DNA of 64,000 nt from Raillietiella orientalis (GCA_036172245.1 JAYWIR010000031.1:2294001-2358000); one strand, 5' to 3'; counted from the stretch's first letter, positions 36,301 to 50,457 are shown. Made by a program: numbers and translations. Notes: generated by a model not told the origin, from the sequence alone.

Positions 36301-39300
36301 ATGCTTCCGGAAAGAAGGGCACTGTAGTTATCCAGGTGATTTGATTGGGTGTTTTGTAACACAACTCGAACCTTGTTCCACCAGGGTACATCACAAAAAT
36401 TAGTTAATCAGTTGGTGCAGAGTGAGACCACAAACATTGATCCTGGTTATGTTGAAGATTTTCTTCTTACTCATCGTACATTTCTGAACTCCGCTGTTGT
36501 GCTGATGCAGCAGTTACTAACTTGGTTCCAGGAGCAGAATCTACGTGATAAAGTTACAAGGATTTTGCTCCTTTGGGTCAACAATCATTTCACTGACTTT
36601 GAGACAGACAATCAGATGATGGCGTCTTTGGAGATGTTTGGTAGTTTTCTTGAAAAGGAACATATGTATTCTCAGTTACGGCTACTCAATCTGGCGTATT
36701 CTACGAAAGCACGCACTCGGACCATCACTTTGACACGTTCCTCTAGAGAAGAAGCTCTACGATTTTCCATTGTTGGTGGAAGAGTTGAGCTGAATGCCTC
36801 GAGACATATTGGTATCTATGTGTCTTCGGTAAGCATGGTAGCCCTTGGCTGTGCAGTTGTGATGGAAGGTTGTTTGAAGGTTGATAGTGCTTCAAAAGAG
36901 GAAACGCTAGGCTTGAGGCGAGGCGATCAAATTTTGGAAGTGAACGGGCAGAGTTTAGAACACGTTAGTCATTCCCGAGCTCTGGAGCTGTTGCGGGCCA
37001 ATACACATATTTGCATGACAGTGAAGTCCAATTTATTAGGACTGAAGGAGTTCTTGGGAAACATAACCACTCCTGTGAAGATAAATGTGCGACGCAATTC
37101 GGATTCTATGTTTGGTCATACGGAGCAGATACGCGTGACATCAGATCCGATGATACGCAGCCATAGTAGCAAACCTAAGGACAAAGTTGCATACAGGCGG
37201 AAGAATTCTGTGAGCAGTCAAAAGGGGTTTATGACTTTAGGACATAGAACACGTCTTAGGAAAGCTTTTGAGAAAGTGAACCATCTGACAAAACATCTGC
37301 TCAAGTAAGGACATCAGGCATCCAAAATGTTGACAGAAAACTTTGAAAGGGCACTTTACTTTCAGTGATACTCACTTGGTCCTTGCAGATAGTGCTGATT
37401 CTCTCATCCGCATTCCACAGAGTGCCAGTTGCAACTTACTGTATCAGAGTCATTCAAATCCAGACTTGAGCAACATTTCTGGTGAAGCCAGTGCTTTCGA
37501 CTTCCCTGAGCATGTTCTGAAGGTGTATCGTGCTGATCAGAGTTTTAAATACCTTCTTGTGCACAAAGTTAGGTTTCAATTTAAGGGTCATAGTTTACCA
37601 ACTTTCCAGGAGACTAGTGCTCATGAAGTTGTGATGCTTGCCCTCACAGAATTTGGTATCACCGATCCTAGTTCATGCTACAGTCTTTGTGAAGTTACTG
37701 TAACTGAAGAAGGGTTGATTAAGCAAAGGAGATTACCAGATTCCTTGCGAGGTCTTCCGGAACATTTAGTTTTAGGCAGCCGCTATTACTTACGTAACAA
37801 TGCCAGCACAGAAGCTTTAGTCCCTGACGAGTTGGCAGTGGAGTTGGCCAAAGAAAATCAAGTGTTACTGCTGCAGTTGAATTCACATGAATTGGCTATG
37901 CAGCTTACGCTACAAGATTATCACTCATTTAGTCATATTGAAGCCACTGAGTACATAGACGAGCTATTCGGACTGGATAGTAAATATGGAACTCCTCAAC
38001 TGGAACATTTCTCTCAGGTTATTAATAAACTTGTAAATCATGATAATGACTGCCACGTTAGCTTGTTAATCGAGAATTGTTTTGGGTAGTGAGTGAGGTA
38101 GTCCAAGAACATAGTCTAGTCAGACGTATGAGATTGATCAAGCAGTTCATCAAAGTGGCAAGTATGCACTGAATTTGATTTTTGCAGTTTTGTAATTTGA
38201 GTTACAGGGCATTGTAGAGAATGTCGCAATTTCAATTCCATGTTTGCTATTTTGTCTGGCTTGGGCCATGCAGCCGTAGTACGATTAAAACAAACATGGG
38301 ATAAGGTTCCCAGTAAATACACAAAAATGTTTGTCGATCTCCAAGAACTCATGGATCCATCACGGAATATGTCGAAATATCGACGTCTGATTGGCCGTGT
38401 TAGCAGTTTTCCTGTCATTCCTTTCTGGCCAGTAGTGATGAAAGACCTCACTTTTATTCATTTGGGAAATGACACAGTTATTGATGGTCTAGTTAATTTT
38501 GAAAAACTACGGATGATCGCCAAAGAGGTTAGATCATTAATTAGAATGGCATCTGGATCGCCAGAACTATTTATTGTGAATGATTCATCTTTAAATGGTG
38601 CATTAGTACCTGCAAGTGCTCCTGTCAGTGGTGTAACTTTGAAACGTAAAAGAAAAGGTTTTACTGTGATCAATGCCAAGAAGATGTTTGAGGAAGCTCA
38701 AATGGTTCGAAAAGTACGAGCGTATCTGGCAAAACTCAAAATTATCACAGATGAAGATGTGCTTAGAATTAAATCAATTGAGTGTGAGCCCAATCCCAAT
38801 TCATTGAGTGCACCTCGTCGGACCCATCCATCCCCTACTCTTAGCACTGCAAGCAGTAATTCTTCCACATCTGATGGTCTGCGAACAAAATTTGGTGCTC
38901 ATTCCCCCCAGTCTGTGCGCAAGTTACTAGCTCTCACTGATCCTTCAAAAACTAGACCATACCAGCCACCAAAGCATACTTCAGTTGCAGTTGCTTTCCC
39001 TCGATCTCCCCAGTTATCTCCAAAATCAGGCAGACACCAAGTTCCATTAGTCTCCCATGAACGCTCCCATTCAGACACAAGTACCTTACCTGTTGATTTG
39101 AGTCTCGAAAGTAGCAGTGTAACAAGTTTCAGCAAGCTACCTACAACTGGCCTTCATGCCCCTGTTTCATATACAATCCACAAATCCATTCATCCACCAC
39201 TATATCAAGTGAGTTCCCATAGTGTGAGCAGCAGAACTCCGGTTGTAGAAATTAGTTCGTGTTCAAACGTATTATGTGAGTTTGGGGCCCAGAAGAGTTT

Positions 39301-39361
39301 CTCGAATACATTAATTTCTGTTTCAGCAATTGAAGAGAATGATCAGCCCACATCGTTTTAA
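21365..39361 (+). CDS. RAPGEF2: Rap guanine nucleotide exchange factor PDZ-GEF (RAPGEF2/RAPGEF6, dizzy/pxf-1 family), ~1,300-1,320 aa
   Basis: Exons 21365-21433 ([23 protein letters not shown]), 24907-25034 (DLATIYIHL...ILFR), 34010-34093 ([10 protein letters not shown]), 34477-34552 ([11 protein letters not shown]), 34784-34933, 35469-35675 ([12 protein letters not shown]), 35726-35881, 35929-36068, 36113-36335, 36385-36828 ([27 protein letters not shown]), 36880-37304 ([16 protein letters not shown]), 37366-37567, 37610-38017 (RA), 38062-38161, 38208-39361 (CDC25: [32 protein letters not shown]). There may be an extra intron at 39276-39326. GT-AG introns and phases are consistent. RAPGEF2 vs RAPGEF6 cannot be distinguished in an invertebrate. 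Confidence 0.93.
30301..30361. repeat. (TG)30 microsatellite in the RapGEF long intron
   Basis: Perfect TG dinucleotide run read directly. Confidence 0.97.
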
Positions 39362-42300
39362 TATTCTTTGTAGAGTGGGTTGCAACCAGTATTTGATTTC
39401 TTGCAAGGTGCCTTCAATGCATTGCTGTGCATACAGTGTATTTTGTTTTCTCTTCTGGGTGGATAGACTTTTGATCCAAGTTTCTCTGCAACTGCGTGGA
39501 TGTTTTATGAAGAGAATTGGATCAACATTTATCTTTTGCTCTTGAAATGCATATATATGATGCATATAATGTTTCAATCATCAATGATCAGTAAGCGTGT
39601 TTTTTTAATTAGTTGTTAAGATATCAGATGAAAGATTAATCCTCAAGTTATTCAAGAACAGGATCGATAATAATATATTCAGAGTGTATGCATTATCCAA
39701 AAGCTGAACTGTAATCAGTGAGATGAGTAATTTGGCCACAAATAATTAAGTATATCAGATAAGGTAGTGGATTTTGTTTCACAGGTTGAACTTGAATGAT
39801 TTGCCTTGTATGGACCACTCTTGTATTCCATCGCTCAACATGATGCCAGAACATCCTGTGCTTATTCTGAAGATACATTTAAAATTTGCTAATAGTGCTT
39901 GTGAAATTCTATTGTTTCATGAGTAGCTTTTATCAGTATCAGAGTCTAGATTTGATATCGTTATGTAATGATTATTGTTTCAGCTTCATGGATGCAGTTT
40001 GGGTTTCAATTTGTGGCATTTGAACTCAATCGATTATTTAACCGCAACTAGGAAGGCAGGCTTATGGTTACATTGAAAGAACATGAGGGTATGAGTGGAA
40101 CCTGTCATGCCTTATATTAATTAGATATGGCCATGTCAAGTTGTCACGACAATTCCACCAAAAAAATCAGATCTATGTTACTCGTTGGTTTTTTATTGGT
40201 TACTTCCTTGGAAAACCACGTGCAACGTAGTCAGCACATACACTCAAAGTTCTCTCACCAACAAGGGATACCTCTTACCGTGCACTTTTCAAGCAAACAA
40301 TAAAGAATTGATGAACGAGTGATGCTGAACAAAAATAATACATGTTTGGGATACTGGCCTTCAAAGTTGTGTCGAATGTCGAACATAACACCTAGCATAT
40401 TTTCTAACATGCTAGGTATTTATAGTCAGACATACTGTGTTTTGTATGAATTGAGGTGGCAACACTATACTGTGTTTGCAGCCACCGTTGATGGAGGCGA
40501 GATGGCAAACTTTTCAAGCTTAATTTTCTAATGCTTAATATATTTTGGAAATTGGAAAATTGTTCAGGCATGTTCTTGCACTTGAGAATTACATTATTAA
40601 GAGAGCTTTTATAATGTCTCATTCGGAAAGACACCTTAGTGTCAAATAGAGATCATTTTACAAGGGCTGGATAACTGAAACTGGAAGAGAATAGACTTAA
40701 GGAGACTGAATCAAGTTTTTCATCAGTGATCTAGTTTCAGCAAACCGTCCTGCTCAAATGATAGAGAAAGGCTGCATAAATGCTAGAAGCGACCGTTAGG
40801 CACGAATACAAGGTTTTTCTTAATAGAGATGTCTAAGATGTGAAATTTGATAGACTTGAAAGTTTTCATTGTATGGGTTAACATGCATAGACAGTGCAAA
40901 CTTATTTTCCGAAATCGCATTAAGCCCTTTCATTGTAGCTAAAATTGGTTGTCAACGATTTCAGTTCTGGGAAAGTGTTTGCAGTGTTTCACAGTGGTGT
41001 CAACTCCGTAGATAATGTCTATCTAGAGTGGAGTTTAGCGATCATTTTATCGAACCATGCTTAAGCAAGATGTTTCTGTGAATACAGTAACTCTTGAGAG
41101 CAAGTATCACGTCTGCGACCGCGTTAATGACTTGCACACTATGAAGTTACATTAGCAACTACTGAAGCAAATGGGATGATTGTCTGCAGTAGTCAGGAAG
41201 TTTATATCTAAGCAGGTTCGTCGACCTCGGTGCACAGACTTACTGTACACATGTGCTGATTGATTACATGCAAGAGTGCTGAAATTTGAAAACGGGAACT
41301 CGTTCAATGTTCAGACCAGGCACCGTAAACACACCTTACTCGATGTATGAAAAGCGTTCTTTTTCAAGTGTTTAGCAGCCAAGCAGGCTTTTAAAAAAAC
41401 TGCGTGGTTCACTGTTAACACCATGAATTTCCCTGATGTATATAAAAAAAAAAATGGCCACCTCAGAGAGGGAACATATCAATGGAAAATTAGTCTACAA
41501 ATGAATTTGCGTCTAATAGTGGTGCTGTTATTGGTCGTTGGATTTTGTTGGGATCGAGGAGAACATCACGAGAAGTAAGAAAAATAATTTCGATGAATGC
41601 GTAGAAATTCATTTTTTCTAGCGTTTGACGAACCTGGTTTATGATACAGTTGCATGTTCAGCCTTGCAGTGGATTTCAGTTTTTCAACGAAAATATCGCG
41701 AGGCCTTGCGGTTTGGTTGTTTTCCCATAGTCGATTTTTGCCCGGAAGACGGATGGGCGAATGCCGCGAGAGAAGCCGTGCGAAAGAACGACGCCGTTGG
41801 CATCCCCATCGTGAGAAATAAGTTCTGTACATCATACGGGCCGAAATACGGAAAAGTCGATTTGGTGGATCTCTGTGGCGATGTTTTTTTTTTTTTTTTT
41901 TAATCCTCCAAGCTTTGGAAGAGGTGTATTTATTTAGCGGTTGAGGGGTTTCGTCAGTATGAACATTGAATGCGATCCGTGGCCACACTTGGCAGCAATG
42001 CAACGCGCACGAATACAAATTTGAACGAGCGGAGGCGGAAAACGAAGAAACGAGGAACAGGAAGAATAGATGAAAAATTCGGGAAGATGAAAACAGCGTC
42101 TGTAAAAGACAGTTCCTGAAGCACTGCCCTGGAAGTAAACCATGCAGTTCTTCGGGTTCATTATAGCAACTAAAAGTCTGAAGTGCATTCGGTGAAATTC
42201 AGTCGAGGGTGCTTCATAAAAATGTGTTCTGTCGCATTTTATTGCAAAAGCTGCCGAGGGAAATCACACCAAAGGTTTAGGCACCGGAGAGACTCTCCTA

Positions 42301-42390
42301 TATTGGTTTGCTTGGAATTGAGAGTTTGCTGGTGGCAATTTTTTTCCTTCCTAATCTTCGGATTACAATTTCAAGCATTTCGTTTTTGTA

Positions 42391-42432
42391 CATAGCAAAA
42401 CATAGCAAAACTCAAAGAACATAGCAAAACTT
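42391..42432. repeat. Short direct repeat, CATAGCAAAAC x3
   Basis: catagcaaaacatagcaaaactcaaagaacatagcaaaact. Confidence 0.8.
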
Positions 42433-43189
42433 GAAGAAGAGTGCTTGACAGCCTCACGAAGCTGTTTTCCAGAATAATATGAAGATGGAAAGTGCTCGTT
42501 CACTGTTAACGGTGGATACTCTGGATATTATTCTTGAAGAATCTCCCAAAGCTTCAGACGTGTACGTTAGCATTGTGTTGCATTAAAAGTATGGCGTTGT
42601 AACGAAAGGGTAATTTTGTAACCGATGCGTAAAAGGGGATGCAAATCCAAGTTTGGTGTTTGGATGCCATTCTGTTTTAAGGACTGTGTAGACTTCTGTA
42701 AGCGGTCCAGATTGATCGTTGTATTATTCGTGCTTCAACTATTTTGGCAAATAAGCTAATCTTCCACAAAGAGTTGCAGTGCGACCACAGTTTCGTGGTG
42801 TGTGCGTGGTCACTGTAGTATGAGGTGTGCACGCTCCTGTATTAGTGTTTGAGCACGTAGTTTTTTGAGTATTTTCTTTGAGATTCTTACGTCTCTGAGC
42901 TAGAATCCTCCAGCACGACACCTACAGGGATTTTATCTCGTTCCCTTACCGTTTGAAGCTTCTGGGAAATGGGGTCTGGGGCACGGAGAGCCACTGCGTA
43001 ACACTGTATCTGTTTGCAACCGCTCGAGGTAATATTAGCTCTGAAGTATTAAGTGTGGTAACACTGAGTTCTCTGCACTCTGTACATGTACCCCCTAACA
43101 CTTGCCTGCTGTGAACACTACGCTCCTTGGGGCACAGTGGTGCCTTTGGCTTATGTGTGGAAGAGGTCCCGCTGACGCAAAGATCGGTT

Positions 43190-43780
43190 CCAAATCACGT
43201 TTGAAAGAGCTTTCGGGTGTACCTTGGAGTCTGCATTCGTGTGGCAATTACCGTACTCCTTTCGGCCGTTTCTCGCAAACTCGGGAAACAAACAGGTCAC
43301 AGGAACTGGAACCGGATTGCAAAGTCGTCGTCGTACGATATTTGCACAGAGGTGATCGGAAGCCACAGGAAAAACGTGCCCTGCATTATCATCATATGCG
43401 TGGTGATTACATTAACAGCACTGCACGAAACCGATAAAGCAAACAAGAAATCTTGCAGCGAACACTGCAGCAGCTTTTTGCGCGGTTGCGAAAGCAGAAT
43501 TTACAATCATTCCTGATGCTGCAAAAAACGCTCCCAAGATTCCGTCTTCTGCGCTCTTGCATCCGAAACCGTTTGCTTATCCTGGCGTTTCTCCTCACAT
43601 GCAAACACATCTTCACGGGGAAGAGCGTCTTCTGATGCCCACCATCGGTTGTCGGCCGTCGGTTGCATGGGTTTCGATTGACATTGGCTTGATAAAAGCT
43701 GCCTCCAATATTGCTGTAAAGTTGGTTACTTTCCTGCCCACACTTATTTTCTGACCAACGTGTTCACTGCTTCATTGATC
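43190..43780 (+). mobile_element. Degenerate Ty3/Gypsy reverse transcriptase relic
   Basis: YRTPFGRF (~F.TPFGRY), KSSSYDICTEVI...VPCIIII (~SSA.EIF...I...IP.V...DDI), RTLQQLFARLRKQNL (~H...L..V..RL...NL), in successive frames. Confidence 0.55.
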
Positions 43781-44599
43781 ATACCCGTATAAGTACATGA
43801 AACGAAGCAAACTATACTTTCTGCGACTGGTGAAATATTTAGGCGGTAAGTTTAATTCCCACCAGTCTGTTCGGTTGGCTCCACAGGTGCCAAAATTTAA
43901 ACAAGCGAGTAATTATGGCATCTCGTGATTTAAGTTTGTACAAAAAACTCCAATGTGCGTTTTGTCTCCTAATCTTTTCCATGGAAGGATCAAGGTAGAG
44001 CTTGAACCATGCTTGCAGTGTATCTGTGAGTTCTTTTGCATCTTATCTGAGATGATGGTTTCAGAGAAGAATTTTTTTTCCCTTAGGCCTGCACAAGGAA
44101 TGTATTGATGCACACACACACACACATACATATCTATCGATCTGTCCAACACAGAGCATCTCTTCTTGTATATATGTATATGTACATATAAGAAAATGCA
44201 TTCTGAGATTTCTGCAGAAAATGGATTTCCATAACGATTCATGTGATGGATTTGCTTATAATAAAGTGATGACTTGAATCATATATTGCTTAATAGTGCC
44301 AATGCAGTAGCGAACCCCAGGTGATCTACTAATGAAAGAAAAAAATGTCCATGCTATCTTCGAAACAGCTTCAGTGATGTCTGGTTTGAGATAGCGCCAT
44401 TCCCAAAAGCTTGGAATTACTCCCAACGAAATTCGAATTGTGGTTGTCAAGGAAACTCGAAAGTTTTCGAATGTGCAGTTAAAAAAATTGGTAGGCTTGC
44501 AGGCTCCTGAGGCTTGAGAAAATCGATTTTGTTAAGTTTGTTATCGTTTAGAAATACAGTCGTCAATGGTTTGCAAAGATCATAAGAAAAAAGCACCTT

Positions 44600-45400
44600 T
44601 TGGCGTAGTGATTTGTTATTAATGAATGTCGCCTCAGGCTTTGTGTGAGTACCGTCTCATGCGTAATCCTGTGATGAGCGTTCCTCTTCAATGGATGAGC
44701 GACTTAAGCTCCTTACACATTCGTTTATAAGTCCGTAATTTATTTTTTTCAGCACGACTTAGGAGCGGCTCCTGTGGACTGATGAACGAGCTCCGCCATC
44801 TAAAGATGAAAAGTATCTCCAATAAAATTGTTTCAGTGCGTTCAGATTGGCCTTTATCTCTCTGCTGATCTTCATTAGACTGACTGTGATGTGAGCGGCC
44901 AAGTAAATATTGATCCGTGTGATGTTGGTATGTTTGATGGAGTTATTTATCCTCGGTGGCGTATCGAGTAATCCGTAAAGTGATGATTCACCTATTTTCG
45001 AAATCAGTCATCCTGGAGACTCTACTATTCCTCGGTAATGATAATTTTTGAAGCATCTCCTTAAGCCGTTCTACCTTTGTGCTTCAAAGTTCCTTGGATT
45101 GCGCTTACGCAGTCTTCGATTGCTTTTTTCGTCTGTCTGTCTGCTGATCTTTTTGCTGGACCGCGCGTTTTCTATTTTTGCCACAAACTCCATATGTTCG
45201 ATTAAAAGAGTGTCACACGTAACCTGAGCACGATGATCTCTTCACATTTTCATGAACGGGGAAGCACTTGCGAATGGGTGAAAAGCTTGCATGCTTCGGA
45301 ATGCTTCAGGCATGTGGCAGTGTGATCCATACTTCCGTCGTTATTCCCAGCATGAAGATCTTTTCCAAATTCTGATTTTCATTTCCGGAGTAGTTGTTCA
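44600..45400 (-). mobile_element. Degenerate Penelope-like RT relic (minus strand)
   Basis: Reverse strand reads HHTDQYLLGRSHHS at ~44925-44884 (~KPTHTDQYL.F.SHHP), preceded by TCLKH and MEFVAK...ISRQTDE (~W.RYVDD). Boundaries approximate. Confidence 0.55.
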
Positions 45401-46389
45401 TTCCGGTAAGGAAAACTGGTCAGGCACCGGGGATTGCATTTAATCTCCCGTTCCAACTCTCCCATCTTGCATGCGAATTAATCCTAATCTGAAACATGTT
45501 TTGTAAGTTTTTTTCCACATATGTGAATATTAAAATATACATATTGAAAACGGCGCAGATAGCGGATGCGAAATTCCCTTTAAACGATGCTCTCTATTCC
45601 ATTGAGTGCGAATTTCTACGTGATGGAGTTTTTGATATTCATATGTGCTTTCGGGATGTTCCATTCCGTAATTGGGTCTTGGCGATGAAGATTCGTTTTG
45701 CTTGAAGCAGCACTTTGGTACCACCCTTGAGTCTGTCCCCTTTTGAGGTGTTCTCGAGTTTTCACTTTGAAATGATTTATAATCAGAAAGGTATTTTGGC
45801 AATGTGCGGATAATGACGCATGAGCACAGTTACAATGTCAGTAGTAATCGTGCTAATGTGTCCTGCACTGTGTAATCGCACGTAATACTTCATGACGTTC
45901 GTTATTCTCTGCAGTCATTTCCCAATTCCACGGAAACCGAAGTTTGGTGCAAAATATCCGGTAGTGGAGTAGAAGAAGAACTCCCTGCTTCGTCGGGCTG
46001 GTGACTCTTTTAAGGGAAATACTCCTTCCGTTGCACAACATGAAGCGGAGGTCTTGAATGTTTGGTTTTGGTTGCACCGACATCTTGAAAGTCAGGCCTC
46101 ATCATGATGGATAAAGAAGCTCAAGACAGCTTGGTTGAGGACGCTATCAGATTTTATATATTTCATTTTCTGGCATGGGAAAACTCTATTCTAAACTTTG
46201 ATTCTGTGACTACTTCTAAACTTGGCCCAAGGCAAAAGAACTTGTTTTCATGTGCTGCGAAAAGAGAAATGCATCTATCCGAGGTATAAAAGTGCAAATG
46301 ATGAAGTTTCTGCTTTGAATGCGAGTTTGGAGTACTCATCAGCCAGCATCGTTTACGAAGTTCGAATTGCACAACGTGGCAGCTGTGCT

Positions 46390-47187
46390 CTAATAAATCT
46401 GGAACCTCTTGTACAAATGTATGGCTGCATCAACAAATTTCGATAAACTTTTCTTAGCCACAGCCGGAAACGTCACGGCATCAAACAGTTGCCATTGAGG
46501 AAATGCGAATGTGTCATATTCATATTGCCTGCACCCTCTGTAGTAGGAAAACCTAAGGAGTCGCAGGACAAATGAAGGAAATATCAGGTATACGGATCTT
46601 ACCTCAGGCATCTCGTCCTCGGATAAAAGTAGCTTAAGCAGGGCACTTTCAAAACGTTGAAGAAGAGATCACCGACTTTGTCACTTATGAGATCATGGGA
46701 ATTTAGGAGGCATCGAAGAAACTCCATGTCGCATGCACACTCTGACCTGCAAAAAAAGTGTCCTTTAATTCGTGTTTAAAGTCCGGTCCTTGAAGTTTTA
46801 AGAGCGAAATAGTGGGATGCATTTTGGTGATGGATATACATGGTGTAAGAAGTATGGTTAGTAATGTTGTCCAGTCTCTGTCCTGGTCGCAGGACTACCG
46901 GGCACTGATCGTGATTGCGACAGCAGCGATCCGTCTGCCTGTAGTAACCGAGGTCGTAGAACGATCTAGCTCGATTTCCAGCACCGCACCATTTCGTACC
47001 TAATTGGCAATTTTTTTTTCCATTAGCAAGTTGGACAAGAATCTTCCTACCTGGAAAAATCAGTTCCTTTCCGGAAAGTTCTGTGGCTACGTGGATCAGA
47101 GAATCCAGGCTGCGATGCTGGCGCTCCAGTTGCCTGGACTCTGCCTCTCTCTTTGCTCGTTCCTGCCTTTCGGAGAGCTGCATCAGT
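46390..47187 (-). CDS. PLA2G3: Group III secreted phospholipase A2 (bee-venom-like), 5' exon(s) not located
   Basis: Minus-strand exons 47187-47051, 46999-46840, 46746-46603, 46552-46390 with GT-AG introns of 51, 93 and 50 nt. The spliced product has LIFPGTKWCGAGN (Ca2+ loop), TDRCCRNHDQCP (catalytic His-Asp), SECACDMEFLRCL and VGDLFFNVLKVPC, all matching the group III sPLA2 pattern. Confidence 0.88.
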
Positions 47188-50100
47188 CTAAAGCAGAACG
47201 TACCATGAATGCAGCCGTTTTATCCAAGATTCATACCGTACGCCTCACCACCTTTAGGTGACAACAAGTCAATAAGAGATTAATCTGAATAGGTGCCTAG
47301 TGGAAGAATTCTGACACAAAACACAAGAATGAAATTCTAGAACTAGAGTTTTAGAATTTTGGAAGTATCGCATCATTCCCAAGCTGAAAAGTCGAGGATA
47401 GCAAACAAAAGGACTCGGAATTTTTTTCTTCTTGCGACTGAACCTTGGTCTTCTTTCCCCTCAAGAAAGATTTGCTGGGCACACTGTTCCCTAGAATGGT
47501 TCCTACTTTCAACCAGAGCCACGTTCTCTTGCAGTGACCCCCAACATATATTTCTTATTGGATTGGTGTTATTTCGTATCCGAAAAAATCACTGCGGATA
47601 AAAATTTGCGCGGAAAACCTTTGTTCTCATTAAGAGTGAGTTCCATTTCAACTTAATTTTAAAAATCTGAATCTTACAGAAGCTGACCAACTCAGATGGA
47701 TCTACAAAAAAAGGAATTTTATTGATGTTTTTTTAAAGGGTGATTATGTACGCATTCTCTCACAAATGGTTGAAATGCTTTGCTCTACTTCCATGCTGTT
47801 TCCTTGTTCATTCATTACTATTTATTGTTTCAACCGAAACAACTTTGGCACGCCAACCGCTCTGGTATTTGTTTTGCTTGCTCAGCTCTACCGAACGTTT
47901 GCGTATCTCTTGTATTCATTTAAGACCTGACGGTACTGTGCGAATGAGTCTGATCCAGTGGAAATGTACCATTTTTCCGCATCTCAAACACTGCCTGAAA
48001 CCACCAGTAATAAAGTAATAGTAATGATGCTTTCCACTATTCCAAATGCAACTGCTGATTCGTCGTCGGTGTGCATGGCAAATACAAGAGTTATGTCTGG
48101 TACATGAAATTCCGTACTTTACGTGTTCGTTTTGGTACAGAACGGGCTGCTTGCCGAAGCCTCAAGAGCATGCTTGAACGAGTGGGAACCATCTCCATCG
48201 AGAAAATGGAAAATACGATAAGTCGTTGGGATCAAAAAGACGCGTACTCAGTCTTCAGCTGCTGTCAAGTGTTCCATCATCGTTAAGAAAAGACGAAGGC
48301 GGAATTCTGTGGTTGCATCCGCAATGAGTGCTTCGTTTCCTTCTTTTTTTCCTTTGCTATATACTGAAACATTCATACAGTGATGGCTGACTCTAACGGA
48401 ATTGACTGTGCCACACAACGATCTAAGTAGGTTATTCATGACCTTCCTACATGTAAAACTCGGATTGTCAGAACAACGCTGCTGAAAACAAGCAGCCAGC
48501 ATAAGTAATGGGGAATTTCTTTGCTCACTATACACTAGGAAATTTGACGTATGCTTATTAAATATATATACACTTTTATTCACATATAGGCACTGTGCAA
48601 TATTTGAGCGCAACTTTGAAATCTCAACAGAAAAAGGTCAGCTGCTGACTTTCTGCTTTAAACCTCGCACACTTTATTCCTGGCAGGTTCCATTTTCGAA
48701 TCCTGACCCTACGATACATCTTCGCTGCGAATAGGCAAAGGCAAGCGAATAGTGTCTTCGGCGTATTTCGCAGGATCCCGTCTCAGAGGGTGCGACTCAA
48801 ACTGTGAAGCAATCCGTCATCGAAATTCACAAGGCATAACGTTTAAAAAAAAAACCTTCCTCTGGTGTGAGTTCGCAATCCGTATGGCCGTTTCAGCATT
48901 CGAATAGCTGTGCATATGAAGAGAGGGGGGAAAAAAAAATAAAAAAGATCGCTTCTTTGTTTCGTGTGTTCCTCGTTCTAGTCGGAAGGATTGCTTTCAT
49001 TTTTTGCAGAGGAATCAACTTACTCACCTTGCGCTTAGCCGTTGAATTTGGTTCAAGTTCAATCCTCCCCATAAGCAAAATTCATGGCAGCGAGCCCATT
49101 GCTTTGAAATTTATGGAGAACGAAGCACAAGCTGTTATACCAACAGTGCATGTATAGCTCACAATCACCCCGGTGTACAAATGGAACTTCAAGTTGAATT
49201 ATTTGAGACAGTGGTTCTTCAATAAACGAGAAAGCAGCCTTTTTTCCCTTTTCATGAATTGCAGTGCCTCTTGGGATATTGGATGCTACTGGAATGCATG
49301 GGGACTCCCGGGGAAACGCAGCTTGAGGCTGCATAGTGTCATTTCATTGCATCGGCATGCACTCGTGATCATGAAACGTCCAGACTGATGACAGTACCTT
49401 CTCTTATGGCTGCAGTTACCGGTTCGGGGCAAAAGCGAAAAAGACTTTTTCCCTTCGGAAAGATTCCCTGTACACTTTCTTTGGGCTTCCTCAACACCAA
49501 CTGTGATATAGTAAATATTGACCATACCCAAACCAGTCTCTGGGCAAGTGGTTTACGTAAACACGAACCTCACGTCAGGGAATCTTGATCTTGCAAATCT
49601 CCCCGACGCGAAGATTCTCACTGAACAAGAATTCTCCCGCGTTTTGCTTTTCTAATGCAAGAAATCCAAATTCTTCAAAGATTTTTTTTTTTCCTCCCCT
49701 TCCAGATGCTCTATCGCGTTGTGGTGCGTAAAGTTTCCTTGAAAAGCCGTTCGTGGAACATCAACATTGATCCACACAATTGATGCTTCCAGCTATAGTG
49801 AAAAATAGCTCGTGCAAAACCAGTTTGAAAGCCAGAAAGACTTTAGTCATCACCTGTGAAAAATTTGCGACTTAATTTATCCTTGAAAAGGTTTCTCAAG
49901 ATAGAAAATGAGAGAGTTCTTTCCCGAAAATTCCTTCTCAAAACTTATCGAATGCTGCTGTGCCCATCGTTTTGATGCGTCTGGAGCTTGCAAAGTACAG
50001 GAAACCACTTGGAACACACTGCCAGTTGAAAGCATGTTAGTCTTCCCACGGGAGTTCTTGAAATTTTTCATTGGTAGTTACCAAATGACTACCCACCTGC

Positions 50101-50384
50101 TCGCTAAGACCGTCCGAAACTTGACGTCCGGTATCTCTGCAAAAGAATCTTCATTTTTCTATTTTCAGAATTTTCTCGGGAAAATAATTCCTTGCAAGCT
50201 TCCATCCTGAGAGCTCGAGAGTTCATCCATGCCCTCCTCCATTTCGTGATACCTCGTAATTCCCTAGATATCCCATAGCAGGCAAACAGGATTCATCCCG
50301 GAAAACGAAACCGGTGGCTTATCCGGATTCGATTCATGAAACCATTCAAATTTCGAGAAGCGAAAAACATATAATCACACATGA

Positions 50385-50387
<3 letters not shown>

Positions 50388-50456
<69 letters not shown>
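50388..50456. repeat. Compound (AT)n(AG)n microsatellite
   Basis: Read directly. Confidence 0.95.

Positions 50457-50457
<1 letters not shown>

Noticed and set aside
47740..48290. Possible small + strand gene upstream of PLA2
   Set aside because: Splice-like signals exist, but no consistent frame or recognisable product could be assembled.
49363..49400. GAAACGTC...CTGATGA hammerhead-like boxes
   Set aside because: Stems I and II cannot be formed.
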